A stretch of DNA of 64,000 bases, from the NCBI GenBank assembly GCA_031266175.1, contig JAISBN010000139.1, positions 762-64,761 of the forward strand. Reading direction: 5' to 3'. The translations under genes and the position numbers were made by a program. The notes under the pieces are model-generated. The model was not told the DNA's origin, ran no database searches, and saw nothing but the letters and a program-made list of their open reading frames with translations. This document shows, piece by piece, positions 56,023 to 64,000 of the stretch (positions are counted from its first letter, which is position 1; each line of letters starts with the position of its first letter). Origin of the DNA: Treponema sp. (GTDB lineage Bacteria > Spirochaetota > Spirochaetia > Treponematales > Breznakiellaceae).

Positions 56023-57414
56023 TCAGCCCAGCTCCAGCGCGAAGACCTTGCTGTTCCGCTCGCTGTTATAGGTTCTTCGCCGCGCCTCCGGCAGGCTTTC
56101 GGGATCACCCTCGGTAAAGCCCAGGGTTAAAAACCAGTCTTCGGTTTTGGTGGTCAGCACAAAAACCCGGCGGAGCCCTTCCCTGGAAGCTTTACCGATA
56201 AAGTAGCGGACCATCCGGCTTCCCAGCCCCATGTCGGCATAGGCGCTGTCCACCGCCAGGGCGGCGATTTCCCCCTGGTCCTCCCAGATGTGGAGGGCGC
56301 CGGAAGCGTGGGCTTTGCCGTCTATGCCGAAAACATAGTAATCTTCCTTTTTTTCCTGGATGTCTTCCATGGTCCGCCGGACAAGAACGCCCTGCCGCAT
56401 CAGGGGTTCCATGATCCGTAGTACGTCCGGGATATCCCGGGTTCTCAAAGGTCTGATGGCCTCGTATTCGTCGGCGTGGATCATCGTCCCCGATCCCAGG
56501 TTGGAAAAGAGTTCCCGCAGCACCGCCCCGTCTTCCCGGCCGTCGATAATGTGGACCCGTTCCACCCCCGCTTTGGATGCCGCCAGGGCAAGCCGCAGTT
56601 CCGCCGGGTCCCCGCCGTCTCCGGAGGGGGCGTTTTCCGGAAGATTTACCGCCGGCCGGGTCTTGTTCAAATCCAGAATAGCCTTGGCTTCCGCGGGGGT
56701 CAGCCTGACGATCCGCCCGTTTTCACCGGGTTTGATTTCTTCCGGTAACGTAAACCCCTCAAGGCTTTTTTCCGCCTGGACGATAAAGAGTTTTACCGCC
56801 CCCAGGGCTCCGGCCGCGGCCAGGGCTATTTCATCGCTGGGAACATTGTAGGGTTTTCCCGAAGGGCCCCAGCCTATGCAGGGGATGATGGGGACCATCT
56901 TGAGATCCAGGATTTTGCCGATGGGCCCGGTCAGGATCTTTTCTACCCGGCCGGAATGTTCCATATCCCTGCCGGCCACCACTCCCAGCCCCCGGGCCCG
57001 GACAAAGTTGCCGATGACCGAATCGCAGCGGTTGGCCGAAAGGGCCGTCATAAACCGGGTGGCCACATGGAAGGCGGCCATTTCCACAAAGGGGATGGCC
57101 CTGGAGCCGGTAATCCGGTATACCCCCCCGGGGGAGGAAGCAAAACTCCCCCGCAGGGCGGCTTCCGCGGGGACGTACCCGGACACAATGCCGTATTCAG
57201 CAAGGACCGAGTCTATCCATTCCTTGGCGCCGGGGACGATCACCACCCTAAAGCCGGTCCGGGCCAGCAGGGCCAGATCCTTCATCAGCGAAGGGAAGGA
57301 GGATTCCCCGGTCACGGGAAAATCTATCTTAAAGACCATGGTAGAACCGGCATAGCGGCTCTGGTAGTGAAAGGCCTCCCGGACCAGATCCATTTGGGAA
57401 CCGGAGTGATTCAT
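56023..57414 (-). CDS. Amino-acid kinase + GNAT fusion (N-acetylglutamate synthase/ArgA-like)
   Basis: 463 aa. N-terminal AAK fold (FRVVIVPGAKEWID, GxxP), C-terminal acetyltransferase region (ALAVDSAYADMGLGSRMV). Confidence 0.75.
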   Translation of the reverse strand: MNHSGSQMDLVREAFHYQSRYAGSTMVFKIDFPVTGESSFPSLMKDLALLARTGFRVVIVPGAKEWIDSVLAEYGIVSGYVPAEAALRGSFASSPGGVYRITGSRAIPFVEMAAFHVATRFMTALSANRCDSVIGNFVRARGLGVVAGRDMEHSGRVEKILTGPIGKILDLKMVPIIPCIGWGPSGKPYNVPSDEIALAAAGALGAVKLFIVQAEKSLEGFTLPEEIKPGENGRIVRLTPAEAKAILDLNKTRPAVNLPENAPSGDGGDPAELRLALAASKAGVERVHIIDGREDGAVLRELFSNLGSGTMIHADEYEAIRPLRTRDIPDVLRIMEPLMRQGVLVRRTMEDIQEKKEDYYVFGIDGKAHASGALHIWEDQGEIAALAVDSAYADMGLGSRMVRYFIGKASREGLRRVFVLTTKTEDWFLTLGFTEGDPESLPEARRRTYNSERNSKVFALELG

Positions 57415-58757
57415 GCCGGCGCCGGCCGCTGTACCGCCGGCTGCTGCGCTGCCGCCGGCACCGTAACGCAGCCGTCGGGCAGTACCAGGATTTTCGGGAC
57501 CGCCACTCCCCGGGCGATCAGGGCGGCCATGGCCCGGTCCAGGGCCGCCTGGGGGCTTTCCGCCTTTTCGATAAACATCGGCGCCAGCCGCTCCGCCCCC
57601 AGTTCCGAAACCGCCAGTACCGATGCCCGGCCGGACACTTCCGCCATTTTCGCCGCCTTGTGGTATCCCAGCTTATACCCCGCCCTGATCTGCTCAATGG
57701 CGTCCCCGGGGCTTGAAGAGCGGGCCAGCAGCCCCGCGTAGGCCTCGTCGCCGATGCCGTCCCTGCACGATGATACCAGGATAAGGAAGCCTCCGTCCCT
57801 GAGGGCAAGGGCTCCGTTGTCGATGGCCTTCTGGGACTGGTAAAGGTCTATATCCATGGGGAACTTTGCCACCGACACCACAATATCCGCCCGGGCGGGG
57901 ATGGAGACGCAGAAGATCTTTTTCGCAATCTCCACGGCGGCATAAAACGATCCCATCAGATCCCCGGCAGTTACCGCGGCCACCCCCTGCTCCTTGTCAA
58001 GGACCGTCATCACCGAGAAAACCGGCGCTTTGATCAGGGGAAGGGCATCCATCATGTCTTCGTGGACCGGGTTTCCCTCCAGCGCCAAAGACCGGGCGTT
58101 GGGAGACAGGGCCTGCTTGTGGTTGGCCTCGATGGTTTTATAGGCGGCGATGCCGGGTAAAAAAGCCTTCCGCCCCCCGGTAAAGCCCGCGAAATAGTGG
58201 GGCTCCACGCTCCCGGTAACGATGATCCGATCCGCCTCGAAGAGGCGCCGGTTAAGCAGCATGGGGGTGCCGTTCCGGGTGGTTCCGATGTCCACCATAT
58301 CCGCGTCGCTGCGGGCGTCGTGGTGAACGCACCGTTCCCGGAGGCGGTCAAAAAATCCCCCCAGGATCTGGCGGTATTCCGTTTCCGTGGGGGCCCGGTG
58401 CGCGCCGGTCGCCGCCATCAGGGTGATGCCGCTGTCGGGGATGCCCGCTCCGGCGATGACCGGCAAAAGTCCCGCCAGCATTGCCGCCGTGGGAGTGGGT
58501 CTGGTAGCGTCGTTGATGATGATGAGCAGCTTTTTCCCGCCCCCAAGAAAATCCGCCAGGCTTGTACCGTTCCGGCCGGGGCCGGCGGCGGCCATACCCA
58601 CGGCGCCCGGCCCGGCGGCGGCGTAGGGGCGGGCCAGGGCGTCCGCCAGGGTCTCCGCGGGGGCGGTATATTCATTGGGTTCCGCGACGGCCAGCAGGTT
58701 TTCGCCGGGGAACTCCAGGGGAAAGGTTTTGTCCAGGTAGGGAATGTCCAGTTTCAC
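57411..58757 (-). CDS. LarA-like (lactate racemase N-terminal/DUF2088) protein
   Basis: LLIIINDATRPTP, ATGAHR, EPHYFAGFTGGRKAFLPG. 4-nt overlap with the downstream gene. Confidence 0.7.
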   Translation of the reverse strand: MKLDIPYLDKTFPLEFPGENLLAVAEPNEYTAPAETLADALARPYAAAGPGAVGMAAAGPGRNGTSLADFLGGGKKLLIIINDATRPTPTAAMLAGLLPVIAGAGIPDSGITLMAATGAHRAPTETEYRQILGGFFDRLRERCVHHDARSDADMVDIGTTRNGTPMLLNRRLFEADRIIVTGSVEPHYFAGFTGGRKAFLPGIAAYKTIEANHKQALSPNARSLALEGNPVHEDMMDALPLIKAPVFSVMTVLDKEQGVAAVTAGDLMGSFYAAVEIAKKIFCVSIPARADIVVSVAKFPMDIDLYQSQKAIDNGALALRDGGFLILVSSCRDGIGDEAYAGLLARSSSPGDAIEQIRAGYKLGYHKAAKMAEVSGRASVLAVSELGAERLAPMFIEKAESPQAALDRAMAALIARGVAVPKILVLPDGCVTVPAAAQQPAVQRPAPA

Positions 58758-58831
58758 GGTAAGCTCCTGTCTCCATACTATGGCGGCCGGGCCTGTCCGT
58801 CAATGACCGGGTTTTTACCGGGAAAAACATC

Positions 58832-58859
58832 TTGCCCCCACGGCTAATTGTGATATAGT
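58832..58859 (+). promoter_or_regulatory. Promoter TTGCCC-N16-(TGa)TATAGT placed 7 nt before the ATG (leaderless-type)
   Basis: Extended -10 at 58851-58859. ATG at 58867. No SD. Confidence 0.35.
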
Positions 58860-58866
58860 GGTTGTC

Positions 58867-59958
58867 ATGAATAGTACCCGCCGTTTCCGCATCTGTTTTT
58901 TTGCCCTGCTGATCCCCGCGTGGCTGCCGGGGGTTTTTGCCATTGACGTGGACGGCAAGGCTCCGCAAATCACCGGTGGTGGACCTTTGCTCCAGCCCGC
59001 TCTGAATGCTGTATTTGGTAATATCCTCAGTAATATCAGTTCCGAAATCATGGGCATCGACGCCGAACCCGAAAAACTGCTGCGGAGTTTTGCCGACGCT
59101 TCGGTTTTTTCAAGTTCCGGGGCCACCCAGAGGGCCTTTGAAGGATACGACTGGTTTGCCTTTACCCTGGGAGCGATGGGCGGGGTTGTTCTGCCGGGCA
59201 GTAAGCTTAACGCGGAGGCGTTCTCGAATATCGGCGACACCCTGAAGGACAAGGGCGATGTGTCGGTGGGGGCCAATATCCAGGTTATCAACGCCCAGAT
59301 AGGCGTTAATACCTCGGCGTTCCTGCTCGAAAACCTGTACCTGGGCCTTAAGTTCGGGTATTTCGGCATCGGCTCCATCGAAAGCGTGACGTATAACTCC
59401 TTTCAGATTGGAGCGGTGGCCAGTTACCTGGCTGTTCGGGGGACAGCGGGGAACCGCTTTTCCTGGCGGGGGCTTAGTGTGGGTTCGGGCCTTATTTATC
59501 AAAGGACCAACTTACAGTTTGAATATCCCCTGGAGAGTTATGAAAAACCTTTTGACGATACCCTCGGTACCAGCGGCGTTTTAACGGTAGAGCCCGAACT
59601 GGCGCTGGATATGACCATTAACACCTTTACCGTCCCCCTGGAGGTCAACACGTCCTTTCAGATTCTGTTTTTTAATTTTAACTTCGGCCTGGGGATGGAT
59701 CTGGCCTTTGGTAAAAACCATACGACCATGGACATAGCGGGCCCCATGGCGGTTTCCGGCACCGGTATCATCATGACCGCTCCGGGATACCTGACGGTAG
59801 AGGGCGGCGGGGATATAAGCCCTTCCATAGTGAATCCCAAACTGATGATGAACCTGGGTTTTAAATTCGGTCCGGTGCTTCTTGATATTCCCCTTACCTA
59901 TTATTTCCTTATGGGCTACGGATTGAATCTGGGCGTTACCCTGGGAGTGGTCTTTTAG
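58867..59958 (+). CDS. Putative outer-membrane beta-barrel protein
   Basis: Start at the ATG at 58867 (MNSTRRFRICFFALLIPAWLPGVFA signal). Alternating amphipathic strands. C-terminal ...LGVTLGVVF ends in Phe. Confidence 0.55.
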   Translation: MNSTRRFRICFFALLIPAWLPGVFAIDVDGKAPQITGGGPLLQPALNAVFGNILSNISSEIMGIDAEPEKLLRSFADASVFSSSGATQRAFEGYDWFAFTLGAMGGVVLPGSKLNAEAFSNIGDTLKDKGDVSVGANIQVINAQIGVNTSAFLLENLYLGLKFGYFGIGSIESVTYNSFQIGAVASYLAVRGTAGNRFSWRGLSVGSGLIYQRTNLQFEYPLESYEKPFDDTLGTSGVLTVEPELALDMTINTFTVPLEVNTSFQILFFNFNFGLGMDLAFGKNHTTMDIAGPMAVSGTGIIMTAPGYLTVEGGGDISPSIVNPKLMMNLGFKFGPVLLDIPLTYYFLMGYGLNLGVTLGVVF

Positions 59959-59977
59959 TGTCTGTCCGCGGTAAAGG

Positions 59978-60012
59978 ATTCAACCACGGACCCCCGCGGA
60001 CAAACACGGACT
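59978..60012. repeat. Half-copy of the CACGGAC module (GATTCAACCACGGACCCCCGCGGACAAACACGGAC)
   Basis: Shares ATTCAACCACGGACC and AAACACGGAC with 14643-14675. It lies immediately 5' of the 21-bp array. Confidence 0.6.
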
Positions 60013-60015
60013 CCT

Positions 60016-60435
60016 GACCCAGAAGTCGCGGATTTCAAGTCAAAAGCCGCGGATTCCAACCCAAAATCCACGGATTTTAACCCAAAAGTCGCGGATTCCA
60101 AGTCAAAAGTCGCGGATTCCAAGTCAAAAGTCGCGGATTCTAACCCAAAATCCGCGGATTCCAAGTCAAAAGTCGCGGATTCCAAGTCAAAAGTCGCGGA
60201 TTCTAACTCAGAAGTCGCGGATTCTAACCCAAAATCCGCGGATTCCAAGTCAAAATCCGCGGATTCCAAGTCAAAATCCGCGGATTCTAACCCAAAATCC
60301 ACGGATTTTAACCCAAAAGTCGCGGATTCCAAGTCAAAAGCCGCGGATTCTAACTCAGAAGTCGCGGATTCTAACCCAAAATCCGCGGATTCCAAGTCAG
60401 AAATCGCGGCTTTTAACCCGGAAGCCGCGGTTTTT
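60016..60435. repeat. Tandem array, 20 x 21 bp, each unit containing a CGCGG-centred palindrome (best: AATCCGCGGATT)
   Basis: Units every 21 bp from 60016 (AAGTCAAAAGTCGCGGATTCC / AACCCAAAATCCGCGGATTCC / AACTCAGAAGTCGCGGATTCT variants). The array fills the whole space between convergent genes and overlaps the mutS2 stop. Confidence 0.92.
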
Positions 60436-62914
60436 ACCCTTTCAGCGTCACTTCGGTCCTGCCGAAGCCGCCCTGTTCCGGGCGGGAAAAACGGTACTCC
60501 TCCACCGCGGGATCGTTTTTCAGGTAGTCCTGAACGCCCCGCTGCAGGATGCCGTCTCCCCTGCCGTGGACCACGGCAAATTCCCGCAAACCCGCCAGCG
60601 CCGCCCCGTCGATCTGCCGGCGCAGCAGATCCAGGGCTTCTTCCAGCCGCAGGCCCAGCAGGTTTAACTCCAGCTTTACCTCCGCCGGGGCAAGATCCGC
60701 CGTCCAGCCGCTGACGCTAAAGGCGCCCCCGGCGGAAAGCGTTTCGCCGCTTTTTCCGCCGGAAGCCCGGACCGGGACGAGTTCCCTTTCGGGAAAGCTC
60801 ATCCGTACCGAGCCGGTTTCCACAATCCAGAGATCCTTTTTTTCCCGGCGGATTACCCTTCCCCGCCGGCGGGAGGGGCCGGCGGTCACCTCGACCCCGG
60901 GGGCTATGTCCGGCGGCGGGTCCGCGTCCCCGGGGAAATGTCCGCCGGACCCGCGGTCCGGATCGGCCAGGGCGGCCAGGGCCGCTTCCTCCGCTTCCAG
61001 GGCCGCTTCGGCTTCCGCCGAATTTTCTTCCAGCCGGCGGATAAATTCTTTTACCCCCCGGGTCTTTTCTCCGGTTAACTCCCCTTCCCTGATTTCCCGG
61101 ACCAGGTTTTCCAGCTGCCTGCGGCTCTCCCGGAGAAAACGGCGGAATTCCAGCGCCCCCTCCCGTTTAAGCTGATATTCCCGCTGACGCAGGGAGAGCT
61201 CCTGTAAATCCGCCCTTCTTCTGTCTTCCCGGAGTTTCAGTTCCTGTTCCCTGGCGGACCGGGCGGCCTCGTCCAGTTCCCGGTGCTTCTCCTTTAACCC
61301 GGAGATCAGCGCCGAAACGTCGGACCGTTCCTTGTCCAGATAGGTCCGGGCCTTTTCTGTCAGTTCCGGGGGCAGGCCGTTCCGGGCGGCAATGTCCACC
61401 GCCCTGCTTTCGCCGGGGATGCCCATGATGATCCGGTAGGTGGGGGAAAGGGTTCGGCCGTCAAATTCCAGGGACGCGTTTTCCACCCCCCCGCGGCTGT
61501 ACCCGTAGTTTTTAAGCATGCCGTGGTGGGTGGTCAGGAGCACCATACTTTTCTTTTCAATAAAGTGATCCAGGATTGCCATGGCAATGGCGCTGCCCTC
61601 CTCCGGATCGGTGCCGGAACCAAGCTCGTCCAGCAGCACCAGGGACCGCTCCGCAGCTTCGCCGATGATACTGGCAATATTGGTCATGTGGCCGGAAAAG
61701 GTTGAAAGGGACTGGCTGATGGACTGCTCGTCCCCGATGTCGGCGTAGACTCCGTCAAACAGGGGCAGAACCGCTTCCTCCGCGGGCAGGGCCAGGCCCG
61801 CCTGGTTCATCAGCGCGAAGAGGCCGATGGTTTTCAGGGTAACGGTCTTGCCCCCCGTATTGGGGCCGGTGATAACCACCTGCCGGGTCCGGGCATCTAT
61901 CCGGAGGTCAACGGGAACGACGCCGTTATCGGCAACGCCGTTGTCCACAACGCCGTTGCCCAAAAGGGGATGGCGGGCCTGTTTCAGGAAAAGTCCCGTA
62001 CCGAAACGGGGGCCCGGCTCCTCGGCAAAACAGCCCCGGATCTCCAGGGAATACCGGGCCCTGGCCCGGAGGCTTTCCAGGTACACCAGAACGGAATGGA
62101 ACTGTTCCAGTTCATTCCGCCGCCGCCCCAGGCTCTTTGTCAGATCCCGGAGGAGCCTGCGTATTTCCGCGTCCAGGTTTGCCTGTTCCACAAGGATTTG
62201 GTTATTGGCCTCCACCGATTCTTCGGGTTCCACAAAAACGGTCTGCCCCGTGGAGGATACCTCGTGGACAATGCCCTTTATCCGCCCCCGGAAATTCGCC
62301 TTCACCGCCAGTACGACCCTTCCATCCCGCTGGGATGGAAGAACCGACTGAAGCATGCGGCGGGTGTTGTCGTCCGCGCCGTAGCGGGAAACGCGGTTTT
62401 CCAGATCCCTGGCAAGTTCCCGGATGCGGGAACGGATTTTTTTTATCTCCGGCAGATCCCGCACCTTTCCCTCATGGTCAATGACGCGGAAAATATCCGC
62501 GGCGCAGGAGGAACAGTCCGGGGCGGAGGCGGCAATGTCCCTGAGCCCCCCTTCGTCCGGGGCCGGGGATTCATCCCGGGTGACAAAACGGCGCAGTTCT
62601 TCGCCCCGTTCAAGAAACAATCCCAGGGCCAGGACTTCGCCCGAATCCAGGAGGCTCCCTTCCACCGCCAGCCGGGGCAGTACGCCGCCGATGTCCGGCA
62701 GTTCCCGCCGGTCCTCGCCCCCGGCGTTTTCCAGCAGGCAGCGGAACGAAGCAACCAGGGCTTTCCGGGCCCTGACGGCTTCCATGTCAAAGAGGGGCGG
62801 CTCTTCCCGGATCAGCCGGGCGGCTTCCGCGCCCAGGGCGCGGGAAGCGGCCCTTTCCCGGATACGGTCAAATTCAAGGAGCCGGAGCGTCCGCTCACAA
62901 TGCTGCCAGTTCAT
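60434..62914 (-). CDS. mutS2: Endonuclease MutS2 (MutS ATPase + C-terminal Smr)
   Basis: Walker A ITGPNTGGKTV, LLDELGSGTDP, C-terminal Smr (VVHGRGDGILQ). Confidence 0.9.
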   Translation of the reverse strand: MNWQHCERTLRLLEFDRIRERAASRALGAEAARLIREEPPLFDMEAVRARKALVASFRCLLENAGGEDRRELPDIGGVLPRLAVEGSLLDSGEVLALGLFLERGEELRRFVTRDESPAPDEGGLRDIAASAPDCSSCAADIFRVIDHEGKVRDLPEIKKIRSRIRELARDLENRVSRYGADDNTRRMLQSVLPSQRDGRVVLAVKANFRGRIKGIVHEVSSTGQTVFVEPEESVEANNQILVEQANLDAEIRRLLRDLTKSLGRRRNELEQFHSVLVYLESLRARARYSLEIRGCFAEEPGPRFGTGLFLKQARHPLLGNGVVDNGVADNGVVPVDLRIDARTRQVVITGPNTGGKTVTLKTIGLFALMNQAGLALPAEEAVLPLFDGVYADIGDEQSISQSLSTFSGHMTNIASIIGEAAERSLVLLDELGSGTDPEEGSAIAMAILDHFIEKKSMVLLTTHHGMLKNYGYSRGGVENASLEFDGRTLSPTYRIIMGIPGESRAVDIAARNGLPPELTEKARTYLDKERSDVSALISGLKEKHRELDEAARSAREQELKLREDRRRADLQELSLRQREYQLKREGALEFRRFLRESRRQLENLVREIREGELTGEKTRGVKEFIRRLEENSAEAEAALEAEEAALAALADPDRGSGGHFPGDADPPPDIAPGVEVTAGPSRRRGRVIRREKKDLWIVETGSVRMSFPERELVPVRASGGKSGETLSAGGAFSVSGWTADLAPAEVKLELNLLGLRLEEALDLLRRQIDGAALAGLREFAVVHGRGDGILQRGVQDYLKNDPAVEEYRFSRPEQGGFGRTEVTLKG

Positions 62915-63872
62915 CGCTTATCCGCAAAAAGCTTTCGTACCGGTCTTCGTGGATTACCCCCGCGGCCACCGCTTCCATAACCTTGCAGCCCGGTTCGCGG
63001 CGGTGGGAACAGGAAAGGCCGTAGGTGCAGTGACCGGCCAGGGAGGCAAATTCCTTCATATACAGGATTACTTCCTCCGGCTTGATGCCGTCGGGAACCA
63101 TGCGCCGGATTCCCGGCGTGTCGATCACAAAGGTGCCCGCTTCGGAAACACCGGACCCGGCGGAAACAAAATCCGGCAGTTCCAGCATCACCGAAAGGGT
63201 CGTGGTATGGTTGCCCCGGTCGTATTTTTCGTTGAGGGCGCCGGTCCGCATGGCAAGGGAAGGGGCCAGGGCATTAACCATGCTTGTCTTGCCGACCCCG
63301 GACTGCCCCAGCAGGACGGAGGTCTTCCCCGCCATCAGTTCCCGCAGTTCATCCAGCCCCGCGCCGGTTTGGGCGGAAATCCGCAGAACCCCGTAGCCGA
63401 TATGCCGGTAATCCTCAAGCCGTTCTTCCGTATCCGGATCCATGCCGCCGGGGCCGGTCAAATCGCACTTGTTGCAGAGGATGACCGGCGTAATCCCCGC
63501 TATTTCCGCCTGTACCAGCACCCGGTCAAGAAAACGGGGCCTGAAGGGGGGGGAGACGGGGCTGGTCATGCAGAGGGCCAGATCCACATTGGCCGCCAGG
63601 ACCTGGGGCTTCTGTCCCTTTTGGTTAAAGCGGGTAAGCCGGTTACGCCGTTTTTCCGCCCCCAGGATAAGGGCTTTCCCCTGTTCCCGGGAAGCCTCTG
63701 CCGTTACCCGGTCCCCCGGAGCCAGGGGATTGTAGTACCCCTCCATTCCCTTAAGGACCTTCCCCTTGATTCTACATTCAATTTCGGATTTTTCAAAACC
63801 GCCGGTTTCCCCGGCGTGATCAACCCGGACCGTAAAGATATTCCGGGAACCCCGCAACACAATGCCTTTCAT
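62895..63872 (-). CDS. rsgA: Ribosome small-subunit-dependent GTPase A
   Basis: Circularly permuted GTPase motifs NKCDL and GQSGVGKTS. C-terminal zinc knuckle CTYGLSCSHRREPGC. Confidence 0.9.
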   Translation of the reverse strand: MKGIVLRGSRNIFTVRVDHAGETGGFEKSEIECRIKGKVLKGMEGYYNPLAPGDRVTAEASREQGKALILGAEKRRNRLTRFNQKGQKPQVLAANVDLALCMTSPVSPPFRPRFLDRVLVQAEIAGITPVILCNKCDLTGPGGMDPDTEERLEDYRHIGYGVLRISAQTGAGLDELRELMAGKTSVLLGQSGVGKTSMVNALAPSLAMRTGALNEKYDRGNHTTTLSVMLELPDFVSAGSGVSEAGTFVIDTPGIRRMVPDGIKPEEVILYMKEFASLAGHCTYGLSCSHRREPGCKVMEAVAAGVIHEDRYESFLRISDELAAL

Positions 63873-64000
63873 GGGAGCTATCCGTTAAAGAGGCCGTCAA
63901 AGGCGGCTTTTGCGTCGGAGCGGGCACCGCGGTCCTTCTGTTCCCCCGGGCTTGGGGAACGGAACCGGGGATTAAGGGAAAACCAGTCGCAGAAATTTCC

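Noticed and set aside
55920-56117. 65-aa + strand ORF in the fabH/argA-like spacer
   Set aside because: It has no SD, overlaps the 3' end of the argA-like gene, and has a Pro/Arg/Ala-rich composition. The region is discussed instead as a possible non-coding transcript.
59955-60395. 146-aa minus-strand ORF encoding (D/G)LESA(T/D)F heptad repeats
   Set aside because: It is open only because the 21-bp unit is a multiple of 3, and several frames on both strands are equally open. It starts with TTG, has no SD, and overlaps the OMP gene stop. I treat it as a non-coding array, though translation is not formally excluded.
60016-60435. CRISPR array?
   Set aside because: The units are directly abutting with no unique spacers. 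The 21-bp unit is shorter than CRISPR repeats, and there are no cas genes in the window. The same reasoning applies to 14766-14880.
61970-62980. 336-aa + strand ORF inside mutS2
   Set aside because: It is antisense to mutS2 (Walker A and Smr motifs are present on the minus strand) and has a low-complexity composition.
63873-64000. Possible 3' end of another minus-strand gene at the right edge
   Set aside because: Only about 100 nt are available and I recognised no motif, so a call cannot be supported.

Overview
GC-rich 64-kb chromosomal segment. It looks like a Treponema-type spirochaete; this is an inference from a T. denticola Ter-like FabV, an archaeal-type two-subunit PheRS and a cyclophilin-FKBP dual PPIase. 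I can support about 58 protein-coding genes. I recognised no rRNA, tRNA, CRISPR array, transposase or integrase. Most of the window is housekeeping: UPF0210/ACT pair, TPR proteins, pdxY, pheST, ddl, tatABC, rpmH-rnpA-yidD-yidC-jag, mutS2, rsgA, and a 10-gene acc/fab fatty-acid supercluster on the minus strand that lacks acpP. The most interesting locus is 35.0-45.3 kb. It holds a 2,967-aa Sec-signal giant protein with a long helical/acidic body, a Gly/Ala/Thr-rich hydrophobic module and an AT-rich C-terminal ~200-aa cassette. That cassette carries a His...S-x-G-C signature reminiscent of YkuD-fold L,D-transpeptidases and Tlde1/DUF2778 toxins. An equally AT-rich lipoprotein gene starts one nucleotide after the giant gene's stop codon. 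Together this resembles a polymorphic toxin/immunity module, with no recognisable dedicated secretion partner in the window. Second, two intergenic tandem arrays both have a 21-bp period and a palindrome in every unit (5.5 copies at 14.77 kb, 20 copies at 60.0 kb). Each lies immediately 3' of a related CACGGAC-rich hairpin module. Other items: operator-like palindromes in the fab leader; a strong orphan intrinsic terminator with a 23-codon sORF upstream of the giant gene; three leaderless-looking promoter/start arrangements; a tatC whose conserved N-terminus lies upstream of any canonical start; a Tat-signal DUF362 protein next to the tat genes; and a TPR-Mrr_cat/phosphoesterase/ParB-like trio. 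All family assignments come from my own motif recognition, with no database search.
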